Of a stretch of DNA of 64,000 bases, positions 37,433 through 46,975 are shown piece after piece (positions within the stretch are counted from its first letter, which is position 1; each line of letters begins with the position of its first letter). Location: positions 736,001 to 800,000 of the forward strand of contig CAVXWP010000007.1 in assembly GCA_963765495.1 (NCBI GenBank), read 5' to 3'. Below the pieces are notes generated by a model. That model worked only from the letters and a program-made list of their open reading frames with translations, did no database searches and was not told the origin of the DNA. The translations under genes were made by a program, and so were the position numbers. The DNA is from Blastocatellia bacterium. GTDB taxonomy: Bacteria; Acidobacteriota; Blastocatellia; UBA7656.

Positions 37433-39688
37433 ATGAGGAAACTGGTCGCATATCTATTGACAGTGAGCCTGGCTTTATTTGGATCATTCCTGCTCGCTAC
37501 ATCGAATCAAACGAGCGTTCACGCGCAGGAGGCTGCGCCCGAACTCAACCGGATAGGGCCTGACACCATTGCCGCAGGCAGCCCTACATTTACCATCCGC
37601 CTCAAGGGAGCCAACTTCGCGGATGGAGCAACTGTACTGCTCGACGACGCGGCGCTTGACTCGTCGCGCACTTCGTCCAAGGGCAAGGTGCTTCTTGCCG
37701 ATATTGATGAGTCGGTAATTGCAAACCCCGGAACTCATACGATACAGGCGGTCAACCCTGATGGTATGCGCTCGGCAACTCTTACGCTTACAGTGGTTGA
37801 GCCGGACCCCGATATCGAATTTCAGCTCGAAGGCAACGCTGCCGAAGAAGACCTTGGCTTTGGTCTGGTAGTAGGGGCGAAGGGCGATGGTTTCAATGAG
37901 AATACGGCCGTCTTGATCTACGGCTCGGAATCCCCGAATATCGCCATAAACTCAAAAAACAGTCTCGATTTCGAGTTTTCGGGCGATTTTCTAAAAGACC
38001 CCGCTCGTGTTCCCGTAATGGCGCGCAATCGGGGCGGACGATATTCAAAAGCCGATATTTTCTTTGTCGTTCCGGCTCCGGCCATATTGCGTGTAATAGA
38101 CCCGGATTCGGTTGAGGTGGGAACCGAGGATTTCGACCTCACGATACGCGGCGATAATTTCAAAGACAATGCCCAGATTGTAATCAACGGCGAAGTGATC
38201 CCCACAACTACGCAGAAGGCAGGACGGCTCGAAGCAATTGTTCCGGGCCGGTTCAGAGAGCAACCCGGCGAATTGATTGTCCGCATTGTACAGGACGGCG
38301 TTCAATCCAGAGATGCGATTCTGCTTGTGGCTCCGACTAACGATCCTTTTATTACTTCGCTTGCTCCCGCGGTAATCCGTCAGGGAGAGAAGAAACCCAG
38401 GGTCAACATTACAGGCGCAAACTTCGGCAATAAGGTCACCGTTCTGCTTGATGGAGAGGAGGCCAACGTCAAACAATCCACGCGTAGAACGCTGGTCGTC
38501 GCCGTAGACCCTGTTGTGAATGACGTTGGTGTTCACACTCTACAGGTCATAGACGAGAACGGAGTGGTATCGGAAATCGTCTCATTCAGGGTCGTAGCTG
38601 ATGTAGCGGTAACTACGCTTGCCGGGGCCAAACGCGATGGCTTCAATAACGGCGAAACCTGCGTAACCACCGAAGAGGCGCTCTTTAGGCGACCGAGGCG
38701 GCTGGCCTTTGGCCCGGACGGGTTGCTCTATGTTACGGATCAACAAAATCACGCTATTCGAACCATAGACTTCAACGCCGATCAGGTCTGCACGCTCGTG
38801 GGGACCGGCTTTCCCGGTTACAGCGACTCGAATAATACGGCCGGGTTCGAACCGTCACTTTCCTATCCCAACGGAGTGGTGGTCGCAGACGACGGCACTG
38901 TATATGTCAGCGAGAACGGCAACAACGTGATACGCCGCATCCGCAGAAACGGCGACGACACCGTTACGGTCGATACATTCGCGGGCGAAAATCAGGATGT
39001 GACTCAAAAGGATCGGCAGAAGGAACTCAACGCAACGCTTAAGGGTGTCAGCGGATTCCGCGACGGCGACCCGCTGGATGCGGCGTTCCGCAAACCCGAT
39101 GATATGGTGATCGCCCCCGACGGATCATTGTATGTGGCTGACTCGCTAAACCACGCGATAAGAAGAATAAGTCTCCAGGGCAATAACACCGTAGTCGAAA
39201 CCATAGCCGGTAACGGCGTCCCCGGCTTTGCCGACGGAGTGGGCACAGCCGCGCGACTCAATACGCCGACGGGGCTTGCGCTCTCGCTTGACGGGACTCG
39301 ATTGTTCGTAGCCGATACGGGCAACCGCCGCATCCGAGCCATAGACCTGGTAAACGGCAATGTCTCTACCTTTGCCGGAAGCGGCAATAACGGAGGCGAT
39401 AACGGCTCTCCGGGGCAGGCCACGTTCCAGGACCCCATAGGTATTGCGGTCGACTCGGATGGAACTCTTTATGTCAGTGAATTCAGCGCCAATCGCATAC
39501 GCCGGATTGATCCGCAGGGCAATGTAAGCTCTCTTGCGGGGACCGGCAAATCGAAGAAACTCAAAGATGGAGCCGGTTCAAAGGCCACCTTCAACGGGCC
39601 GAGAGGTCTAGCCATAGATCGGGCAAACGGCATACTGTATGTCGCCGATTACGAGAACTTTCGCATTCGAGCAATAACGCTGCGATAA
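37433..39688 (+). CDS. Exported IPT/TIG-repeat plus NHL-repeat protein
   Basis: Signal peptide; Ig-like units (G.NF...A.V..DG); NHL blades F..P.G(I/L)A.D.DG.LYV(A/S)D..N..IR.I; AAGGAG RBS. Confidence 0.85.
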   Translation: MRKLVAYLLTVSLALFGSFLLATSNQTSVHAQEAAPELNRIGPDTIAAGSPTFTIRLKGANFADGATVLLDDAALDSSRTSSKGKVLLADIDESVIANPGTHTIQAVNPDGMRSATLTLTVVEPDPDIEFQLEGNAAEEDLGFGLVVGAKGDGFNENTAVLIYGSESPNIAINSKNSLDFEFSGDFLKDPARVPVMARNRGGRYSKADIFFVVPAPAILRVIDPDSVEVGTEDFDLTIRGDNFKDNAQIVINGEVIPTTTQKAGRLEAIVPGRFREQPGELIVRIVQDGVQSRDAILLVAPTNDPFITSLAPAVIRQGEKKPRVNITGANFGNKVTVLLDGEEANVKQSTRRTLVVAVDPVVNDVGVHTLQVIDENGVVSEIVSFRVVADVAVTTLAGAKRDGFNNGETCVTTEEALFRRPRRLAFGPDGLLYVTDQQNHAIRTIDFNADQVCTLVGTGFPGYSDSNNTAGFEPSLSYPNGVVVADDGTVYVSENGNNVIRRIRRNGDDTVTVDTFAGENQDVTQKDRQKELNATLKGVSGFRDGDPLDAAFRKPDDMVIAPDGSLYVADSLNHAIRRISLQGNNTVVETIAGNGVPGFADGVGTAARLNTPTGLALSLDGTRLFVADTGNRRIRAIDLVNGNVSTFAGSGNNGGDNGSPGQATFQDPIGIAVDSDGTLYVSEFSANRIRRIDPQGNVSSLAGTGKSKKLKDGAGSKATFNGPRGLAIDRANGILYVADYENFRIRAITLR

Positions 39689-39712
39689 TGAGTGGTTGGG
39701 AAGATAAGCTTT

Positions 39713-39747
39713 ATGGGCCGGGCTTTGTGCGCGGCCCATTCTCTTTC
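39713..39747. terminator. Intrinsic terminator between the NHL gene and infA
   Basis: ATGGGCCG...CGGCCCAT followed by a T-rich tract. Confidence 0.55.
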
Positions 39748-39790
39748 TGGAGGTCCGTTTGTAGCGTCGAGTCGGTACTTTGAAACTCTG

Positions 39791-40012
39791 TTAGCTGCGA
39801 TGCCGATAGGTAATGCGCCCCTTGGTCAGGTCGTAAGGTGATAATTCCACAGTAACCCTGTCACCCGCCAGGACCTTGATGAAGTTTTTTCGCATCTTGC
39901 CCGATAGATGCGCCAGTATCTCGTGACCTTCGCCTATCTGCACTCGAAACGTGGCGTTTGGAAGAGACTCGACCACGACGCCTTCAACGGGGATCATATC
40001 GTCTTTCGGAAT
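39791..40012 (-). CDS. infA: Translation initiation factor IF-1 (probable AUU start)
   Basis: [50 protein letters not shown]; N-terminus PKDD extends upstream to ATT at 40012. Confidence 0.95.
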   Translation of the reverse strand: MPKDDMIPVEGVVVESLPNATFRVQIGEGHEILAHLSGKMRKNFIKVLAGDRVTVELSPYDLTKGRITYRHRS

Positions 40013-40387
40013 AGTAACACCCCCTTCTATTAATGGACTTTCTTAGATGACCTCAGGCCATCCGTGCGCCATGTCCTAAAGAATAGCGCAACACTTTAAT
40101 GGAGTCTATCGGCGAAGCCCAGAACTGAGCAATTGGCTGCCAGGTGGTAAGCCGTCTCGCCCTCAAGGCTATTCAGTTTTTGACCTGTGAACATCCGGCG
40201 TCAGTTGCATTAAAGGTTAATTTGAAGGAGAGGTAGGTTGAAACAGGTCGGGACGGACGCGATGAAATACCGTCACGCGGCTCCCCTTTTCAACAAGGGA
40301 TTTAACCACGCGCGGGCCTATAAACTGCGTGCCCCCTAGGATCAAATTCTGCAAGAGTTGCTCCCCCTCAATGCACGAGAAAACTTT

Positions 40388-40459
40388 GACAGGATCAACA
40401 AGATTAACAGGATTTACCGAGAACTCCGCTGAATTTTTTATAATTCTGCAAGCCCCGTC
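40388..40459. repeat. Family B cassette, copy 3 (degenerate right arm)
   Basis: GACAGGATCAACAAGATTAACAGGATTT...AATTCTGCAAGCCCCGTC, 72 bp. Confidence 0.7.
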
Positions 40460-40497
40460 AAAAAATTCTGACCCTAACTATAATAATACAAAATAAA

Positions 40498-40527
40498 TTT
40501 GACATTAATAGACTCATATTTTATGAT
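40498..40527 (+). promoter_or_regulatory. sigma70 promoter of the chaperone cluster with an overlapping HAIR-like operator
   Basis: TTGACA(40499)-17-TATGAT(40522); TTTGACA-N7-ACTCATA resembles CTTGAGT-N7-ACTCAAG. Confidence 0.6.
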
Positions 40528-40589
40528 CTTAGTGTTGCAGATTTCGTGGTAAGGAAAGAAATTCGGAAATTAGAGCGGAAATAGCCTTA

Positions 40590-41609
40590 ATGCCGGTCAA
40601 GTATAAAGATTATTACGAGATTCTGGGTGTCAAGCGCGAGGCGACTGAGGATCAGGTCAGGCAGGCTTTTCGGAGGCTTGCGCGCAAGTATCACCCGGAT
40701 GTGAATCCGGGCAATAACGCCGCCGAGGAGAAATTCAAAGAGATAAACGAAGCTTATGAGGTGCTTTCGGATGCGGATAAGCGCAGGCGATTTGACCGGC
40801 TCGGGGCGGATTGGAAGAACGGGGCGGATTTTACGCCTCCGCCCGGCTGGAGCCACATCAACATAGATTTTAACGGACGGAGCGAGCCTGCAAGCGGCGG
40901 CATCTTCAGCGATTTTTTTGAGTCACTTTTTGGAGGCGGTCGTCAGTCGCGGCAGGGCGAGGATCGAAGGTCAGGTAGAAACAAAGGGCAGGATGTTGAA
41001 ACAGAGATGGCAATCTCGCTTGAGGAGGCCCACCGGGGAGGGATTCACAGGATTACGCTTCAAGGGGGGCGGGCCTGTAGCGCGTGCAAAGGCACGGGGA
41101 ATGCAAACGGAGTAGTCTGTCCGGATTGTCGGGGTGCGGGACACGTATTGCGCCCCAAGACGATAGACGTAAACATCCCGCCGGGGGCGCGCGAAGGGGC
41201 TGTTATAAAAGTCCCCAGACAGGGGCATCGCGGTCCTACCGGGGGCGCGTCCGGTGATTTATACATAAAGCTGAGGATCAATCCTCACTCTGTTTTCACC
41301 GTGTCTGGTGACGACATCACCGCCGAAATCCCTGTCGCGCCCTGGGAGGCGGTGCTTGGAAGCCGTATAGAAGTCCCCACTATCGAGGGGAAAATAGAGA
41401 TGAAGATACCGGCAGGGTCGCAAGGCGGGCAACGGATGCGGCTCAGAGGACAGGGATTGAACAGGCGCGTGGGAGGGCGCGGCGATCAATACGTAAAGCT
41501 CAGGATCATAGTGCCCACAAGCCCTACGGAAAAAGAGAAACGTCTCTTTCAAGAGATGGCGGAAACGACTCGTTTCAATCCGCGCAGTGGGTGGAGGGGT
41601 GACACGTGA
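40590..41609 (+). CDS. dnaJ: DnaJ/CbpA-like co-chaperone with a half zinc finger
   Basis: KDYYEILGV..KYHPDVN; FSDFFESLFG; two CxxCxGxG repeats; PWEAVLG. Confidence 0.9.
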   Translation: MPVKYKDYYEILGVKREATEDQVRQAFRRLARKYHPDVNPGNNAAEEKFKEINEAYEVLSDADKRRRFDRLGADWKNGADFTPPPGWSHINIDFNGRSEPASGGIFSDFFESLFGGGRQSRQGEDRRSGRNKGQDVETEMAISLEEAHRGGIHRITLQGGRACSACKGTGNANGVVCPDCRGAGHVLRPKTIDVNIPPGAREGAVIKVPRQGHRGPTGGASGDLYIKLRINPHSVFTVSGDDITAEIPVAPWEAVLGSRIEVPTIEGKIEMKIPAGSQGGQRMRLRGQGLNRRVGGRGDQYVKLRIIVPTSPTEKEKRLFQEMAETTRFNPRSGWRGDT

Positions 41610-41712
41610 TGCGCTCGATGATGCGTGATAGGTGATTGGTGACTTTCAGGCGGGTCACCTGTTAAAGGGATATTGCAAGATTGCTAAATCACGCATCACG
41701 CATCATCGAGCG
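41605..41712. repeat. Family C cassette, copy 3
   Basis: Perfect 18-bp inverted repeat CGCTCGATGATGCGTGAT; core CAGG..CCTGTTAAA..TTGCAAG. Confidence 0.85.
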
Positions 41713-41737
41713 TGTCAACCGGGAGGTAAAAGAACAG

Positions 41738-44338
41738 ATGGATATAAATCGTTTTACTGAGAAGGCACAGGAGGCTGTTCGCTCTGCTCAAACGCTGGCC
41801 ACGAGGTACAGCAATCAGCAGATCGAGGTAGAGCATCTCTTGCTTGCGCTGCTTGAACAACCGGGTGGACTTGTCCCCTCGGTGCTCACAAGAGCGGGCG
41901 TCAATGTAGAGCCTCTCATGCAGGCCATTGAAACCGAAATCAACCGATTCCCAAAGGTCGGCGGGCCGAGCGGGCCTGTGGATCAGGTCTATATTACTGC
42001 CCGGCTGAACAAGACCTTTGTGCGGGCCGAAGATGAGGCCAAAAAACTCACTGACGAATACATAAGCGTAGAGCATTTATTGCTGGCGATCATAGATGAA
42101 GGCGGCCCGGCCTCGCGCGCGCTAAAGACGGCGGGGGCGACACGCGACCGCATAATGAAGGCGCTGGTCGAGGTTCGAGGCCATCAGCGTGTGACCTCGC
42201 AAAACCCCGAGGCGACTTATCAAGCTCTGGAGCGTTACGGACGTGATCTGACAAGAATGGCCGCCAAGGGTAAACTCGACCCCGTAATTGGTCGCGACGA
42301 CGAAATACGGCGCGTCATCCAGGTGCTTTCGCGCCGCACAAAGAATAACCCCGTGCTGATAGGCGAGCCTGGCGTAGGCAAGACCGCTATAGTAGAGGGC
42401 CTTGCGCAACGGATCATTCGCGGCGACGTGCCTGAAAGTCTCAAGGACAAAAAGATAGTGGCGCTCGATATGGGCGCGCTCGTGGCCGGGGCAAAGTATC
42501 GCGGCGAGTTCGAGGAACGACTCAAGGCTGTGCTGAAAGAGATTCAGGAATCCGAAGGCGAGTATCTTCTCTTTATTGATGAGATGCACACCATTGTAGG
42601 CGCAGGGGCGGCCGAAGGCGCTATGGATGCTTCAAACCTGCTGAAGCCCATGCTCGCGCGGGGCGAACTGCATTGCATAGGCGCTACCACGCTCAGTGAA
42701 TATCGCAAGCACGTCGAGAAAGACGCGGCGCTTGAACGCCGTTTCCAGCCCGTGCTGGTCGATCAGCCTACGGTTGAAGACACAATCTCGATTCTCAGAG
42801 GACTGCGCGAACGTTATGAAGTCCATCACGGCGTACGCATAAAAGACGCGGCGCTTGTGGCGGCGGCTGTGCTTTCGAACAGATATATCACGGATCGGTT
42901 TTTGCCCGACAAGGCCATTGACCTTGTCGATGAGGCGGCAGCCAAGCTCCGCACCGAGATTGATTCGATGCCTGCCGAGTTGGATGAGAGCCTGCGCCGC
43001 ATTATGCAGCTTGAGATCGAGCGCGAAGCGCTCAAGAAAGAGACCGATACCGCATCGAAAGAACGTCTGAGCAAGCTCGAAAAAGAGCTTGCCAATCTGA
43101 GGGCCAACGCCGATCAGCTAAAGGCACAATGGCAGGCCGAAAAGGAAGAGGTGCAGAAGGTCCGCGCCATACGCGAAGAGATCGAGCAGACCCGCGTGGC
43201 GATAGAGCAGGCCGAGCGCGAGTATGATCTCAATCGCGCCGCCGAACTCCGTTACGGCAAGCTCAATCAGCTTGAGAAGCAGTTAATTGAGTACGAAGAG
43301 GCTCACGACAAACAGGCGGGTCGCACTCGTCTGCTCAAGGAAGAGGTTGATGAAGAGGACATAGCCGAGGTGGTCAGCCGATGGACGGGTGTGCCCGTGT
43401 CGAAGTTGCTCGAAGGCGAGCTTCAAAAGCTGCTATCGCTCGAAGAGCACCTGCATCGCCGCGTGATCGGACAGGATGAGGCTGTCAGCGCGGTCAGTGA
43501 CGCCGTCATACGCGCCCGTTCGGGACTCAAAGACCCGAATCGCCCGATAGGTTCATTCATCTTTCTGGGGCCTACGGGGGTGGGCAAGACCGAACTTGCG
43601 CGCGCGCTCGCGGAATTTCTTTTCGACGACGAGCACGCGATGATCCGCATAGACATGTCCGAGTATCAGGAGAAGCACACCGTAGCCCGACTGATAGGCG
43701 CGCCTCCGGGATATGTAGGCTATGAGGAAGGCGGGCAATTGACGGAAGCCGTCAGGCGACGTCCCTATTCGGTCCTGCTTTTTGACGAGATAGAAAAAGC
43801 TCACCACGATGTATTCAACGTGCTGCTTCAGATACTCGACGACGGCAGGCTGACGGATGGGCAGGGACGGATCGTGAATTTCAAAAACGCGATCATCATC
43901 ATGACATCGAATATCGGAAGCCACCTGATACTCGATTACAGCGGGCAGATGGAAGGCGAGCGATACGAACAGATGAAGGCGAGCGTGCTCGATGCGCTGC
44001 GTCATCATTTCAGACCCGAGTTCCTCAACCGGGTGGATGAGATCATAGTCTTCCACTCGCTCACGGAAGAAGACCTGAAGCAGATCGTAGAGATTCAGCT
44101 TGCGCGGTTGCGCTCCCGGCTTTCGGAGCGAAGAATAACTCTGGAGTTGAGCGAAGAGGCGAAGGCGCACATCGCACGAGCGGGTTACGATCCCGTTTAT
44201 GGAGCGCGCCCGTTGAAGCGCGCCATTCAGCGCGAGATCGAAACGCCTCTGTCGCGTCTGATACTGAAAGGCGATGTCAAAGACAACTCCGTCATGAAGA
44301 TTGACATGAAGGATGGCGCAGTAACTTTTGAGGGATGA
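41738..44338 (+). CDS. clpB: ClpB disaggregase
   Basis: Clp N-domain; GEPGVGKT; middle coiled-coil domain; GPTGVGKT; GARPLKR; GGAGG RBS. Confidence 0.97.
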   Translation: MDINRFTEKAQEAVRSAQTLATRYSNQQIEVEHLLLALLEQPGGLVPSVLTRAGVNVEPLMQAIETEINRFPKVGGPSGPVDQVYITARLNKTFVRAEDEAKKLTDEYISVEHLLLAIIDEGGPASRALKTAGATRDRIMKALVEVRGHQRVTSQNPEATYQALERYGRDLTRMAAKGKLDPVIGRDDEIRRVIQVLSRRTKNNPVLIGEPGVGKTAIVEGLAQRIIRGDVPESLKDKKIVALDMGALVAGAKYRGEFEERLKAVLKEIQESEGEYLLFIDEMHTIVGAGAAEGAMDASNLLKPMLARGELHCIGATTLSEYRKHVEKDAALERRFQPVLVDQPTVEDTISILRGLRERYEVHHGVRIKDAALVAAAVLSNRYITDRFLPDKAIDLVDEAAAKLRTEIDSMPAELDESLRRIMQLEIEREALKKETDTASKERLSKLEKELANLRANADQLKAQWQAEKEEVQKVRAIREEIEQTRVAIEQAEREYDLNRAAELRYGKLNQLEKQLIEYEEAHDKQAGRTRLLKEEVDEEDIAEVVSRWTGVPVSKLLEGELQKLLSLEEHLHRRVIGQDEAVSAVSDAVIRARSGLKDPNRPIGSFIFLGPTGVGKTELARALAEFLFDDEHAMIRIDMSEYQEKHTVARLIGAPPGYVGYEEGGQLTEAVRRRPYSVLLFDEIEKAHHDVFNVLLQILDDGRLTDGQGRIVNFKNAIIIMTSNIGSHLILDYSGQMEGERYEQMKASVLDALRHHFRPEFLNRVDEIIVFHSLTEEDLKQIVEIQLARLRSRLSERRITLELSEEAKAHIARAGYDPVYGARPLKRAIQREIETPLSRLILKGDVKDNSVMKIDMKDGAVTFEG

Positions 44339-44495
44339 AATAAGGGATGAGGGATGAGGGATGAAGGATGAAAAGGACTCTGAGGGATTATTCTGATAAA
44401 GAGCATGCTGGTTTTAATCAAGCAATTGCGCAAAACTCTTTTTCATCCCTCATCCCTCATCCCTCATCCCTCCTGAGTCCTTCATCCTTCATCCT
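44332..44495. repeat. Inverted heptamer cassette (GGATGAG / CTCATCC), family D
   Basis: GGATGA(G/A) tandem arm at the clpB stop; TCATCC(C/T) tandem arm at 44442-44495. Confidence 0.85.
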
Positions 44496-44700
44496 TTCTT
44501 TGGTATGATATTGGCACTGACGTTTGACAAAAGAAAGACGAACGGACGCTTACCTTGATGATGGAGAACCCATCGTGCTTAAAGAGTTCTTCCCAAATGA
44601 GGATGGACCTTTACAACCTGGACGCGCACAGGTCAGATCAATAGACCCGCCGCCCGGACGCAGGCGCTATGCAGGCAAATCTGGCGGGTAATTAAGGAGG

Positions 44701-45849
44701 ATGGGCAAAATAATGATCTCTTACGAAAACATACGCCATTTACAACAATTTCCATCCGGTCCCGATTCTCAGGTGCTCTCTTTATATGTGAATGTGGACC
44801 AGTCAGAGGCGGCCAACCTCAATCGCGGTTTTGAGACGGTGGTTGAAAATCTGTTTCGCCGTATGGGGGAAGATATAACTTCGAGCGGGAGCGACAGACA
44901 TAGACTCGATATCGAGTGCAAGCGTGTGCTTGAATTTCTCAAAGACTACACGCCGAAAGGAGTGGGACTGGTCGTATTCAGCGACTCGAAACACGATTTA
45001 TGGTGGCAGAGGGATTTGCAGGTAAATGTGGAGACCGAAGGCCGATGGTCTCCGCAGCCCTGGGTCAGGCCCCTGCTCGAGCTTCTGGAAGATCACGATC
45101 ATTTCGGCGTCGTGCTGATCGACAAACAGCACGCGAAGATTCTCACGGTTGACGCGACCGGAATCAATCAGCACGCCGATATACAGTCGGATGTGCCGAA
45201 TAAACACGCGACCACGGGCACTGATCATATCTGGTCGCAAACTCAGATGGACCGCGACCACACCAAACACATCAAGTGGTACGCGAAGCGCGTGGCCGAT
45301 GAGCTTGCCGCCGTAGTTGACGGCAATAAAATCACTCGTTTGGTCATAGGCGGTCCCGTCGAGGCGACTACGATATTCACGGGTGAGTTGCCCCGGCGGT
45401 TTCAGCAGATGATCATAGATACGATCTCGATTCCAATCGATGCCGGACACGAACGTCTTTCAAACGAATTACGAGCCATTCAGGAGAGGGCCGAACACGC
45501 CGATGAGTTCAAGCTGGTCGAATCCATGATCACGTCGGCTCATAAGGGCGACCGCGCGGTGCTTGGAATCTCAGAGACTCTTTCGTCCATCCAGGAGGGA
45601 AGAGTTCATGTAATGGTAGTCGCCAGAGAGTATCACGCGCAGGGCAAAGAGTGTGATAACTGTCGCGTGCTTACGGCAGACGGATTGGAGAAATGCTCTT
45701 TTTGCGGTGGAAAACTCGAACCGGCTCCCGACCTAATCAACCGGGCGTCTCACAAAGTATTAGATCAAGGTGGAAGGGTGCAGATTGTTTCAGGCGCGGC
45801 TGCCGACAGGCTCTCAGAGGCTGGCGTCGGCGCCGTGTTAAGATTCTAA
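44701..45849 (+). CDS. Bacterial aeRF1/Pelota-like protein (baeRF/Balon-like) with C-terminal zinc ribbon
   Basis: VLSLYVNVD; P.VRPL..LL.....GVVLID...A; WSQ loop; LVIGGP; AVLG..ETL..IQEGRV; CDNC..CSFCGG; GVGAVLRF. Confidence 0.8.
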   Translation: MGKIMISYENIRHLQQFPSGPDSQVLSLYVNVDQSEAANLNRGFETVVENLFRRMGEDITSSGSDRHRLDIECKRVLEFLKDYTPKGVGLVVFSDSKHDLWWQRDLQVNVETEGRWSPQPWVRPLLELLEDHDHFGVVLIDKQHAKILTVDATGINQHADIQSDVPNKHATTGTDHIWSQTQMDRDHTKHIKWYAKRVADELAAVVDGNKITRLVIGGPVEATTIFTGELPRRFQQMIIDTISIPIDAGHERLSNELRAIQERAEHADEFKLVESMITSAHKGDRAVLGISETLSSIQEGRVHVMVVAREYHAQGKECDNCRVLTADGLEKCSFCGGKLEPAPDLINRASHKVLDQGGRVQIVSGAAADRLSEAGVGAVLRF

Positions 45850-45853
45850 TTTA

Positions 45854-45916
45854 GGGGCCGGGGGTCGGGGGCCAGTTGCGAAATCAATCGCTCACCGGCC
45901 CCCGGCCCCCGGCCCC
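45854..45916. repeat. Inverted heptamer cassette (GGGGCCG / CGGCCCC), family G
   Basis: GGGGCCGGGGGTCGGGGGCC...GGCCCCCGGCCCCCGGCCCC, ending at the clpP RBS. Confidence 0.8.
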
Positions 45917-45926
45917 AGGAGAAAAT

Positions 45927-46553
45927 ATGGCATTGATACCGACGGTTGTTGAGACCTCTAACAGGGGCGAGCGGCATTACGACATTTACTCGAAGTTGCT
46001 TAGAGACCACATAATCTTTATCGGCACTCCGATCACCGAAGTCGTTGCCAACATCATCGTGGCCGAATTGCTCTTTCTTGAATCGGAAGACCCTGACCGC
46101 GACATATCGCTTTACATAAACAGCCCCGGAGGCTCGATAACGGCGGGTCTTGCTGTCTATGACACCATGCGATTTATCAGGCCCGACATCATGACGATCT
46201 GCATGGGGCAAGCCGCGTCTATGGCGGCCGTATTGCTTGCGTCGGGGACGAAGGGGAAGCGCTTTTCGCTGCCTCATTCGAGAATTCTCATACACCAGCC
46301 CTCTATGGAGGGGCTTGCCGGACAGGCGACTGACATCAATATCTATGCCGAAGAGATATTGCGAATGAGGAATCTGCTGTCACAGGTAATGGCCGATTCC
46401 ACCGGCCAGCCGTTCGAAAAGATTGACCGTGATGTGGAGCGCGATTTCATATTAAGCCCAACGGAGGCCGTCGAGTACGGTCTCATTGACACCGTGCTCT
46501 CGAAACGCGATCTCGACAAGGGCACGGAAATGGGAGCAGGAGCAAATGGATAA
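45927..46553 (+). CDS. clpP: ClpP protease subunit
   Basis: LIPTVVE; YINSPGG; QAASMA; LIHQP; ERDF; AGGAG RBS. Confidence 0.96.
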   Translation: MALIPTVVETSNRGERHYDIYSKLLRDHIIFIGTPITEVVANIIVAELLFLESEDPDRDISLYINSPGGSITAGLAVYDTMRFIRPDIMTICMGQAASMAAVLLASGTKGKRFSLPHSRILIHQPSMEGLAGQATDINIYAEEILRMRNLLSQVMADSTGQPFEKIDRDVERDFILSPTEAVEYGLIDTVLSKRDLDKGTEMGAGANG

Positions 46554-46921
46554 TGGCAAGAAGTAGAAAGATATTTATCGAGCGACTCAGCAACGAGGTG
46601 TCTTATCGCCGCCCGAGCGGTCCGCTATGGCAGCCTGCCGCCGACATCTATCGATCCCCCGAAGGCTGGAAGATCAAATTCGATCTCGCGGGAGTCAAAC
46701 CCGAAGATGTGCAGGTGCTCATAGCAAATGACAACACGCTCATAGTGCGAGGCGTCAGGCGCGATTCGATAATGACGGAAGGTTGGAGCTATCATCAACT
46801 CGAAATCACCTACAGCCGGTTTGAGCGAGTCTTTAAGATACCCTGTGATCTTCCGCAGGCTGAGATACGAAACGAGTGCAGGGACGGCTGGTTTCTTCTG
46901 CACATTGATTGCAAAGGCTAG
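46553..46921 (+). CDS. Small heat-shock protein (Hsp20)
   Basis: WQPAADIY..DLAGV..EDV..L.VRGVR..EI.YSRFER..DG.L. Confidence 0.88.
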   Translation: MARSRKIFIERLSNEVSYRRPSGPLWQPAADIYRSPEGWKIKFDLAGVKPEDVQVLIANDNTLIVRGVRRDSIMTEGWSYHQLEITYSRFERVFKIPCDLPQAEIRNECRDGWFLLHIDCKG

Positions 46922-46975
46922 ACTTCAAACATGTCTCTTTTGGCCGATCAAGTCTGAGACCAGGGGAATACAAGG

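Noticed and set aside
44511-44530. CIRCE or sigma54 site at TTGGCACTG upstream of the aeRF1-like gene
   Set aside because: The second CIRCE half-site is absent and there is no GC at -12.
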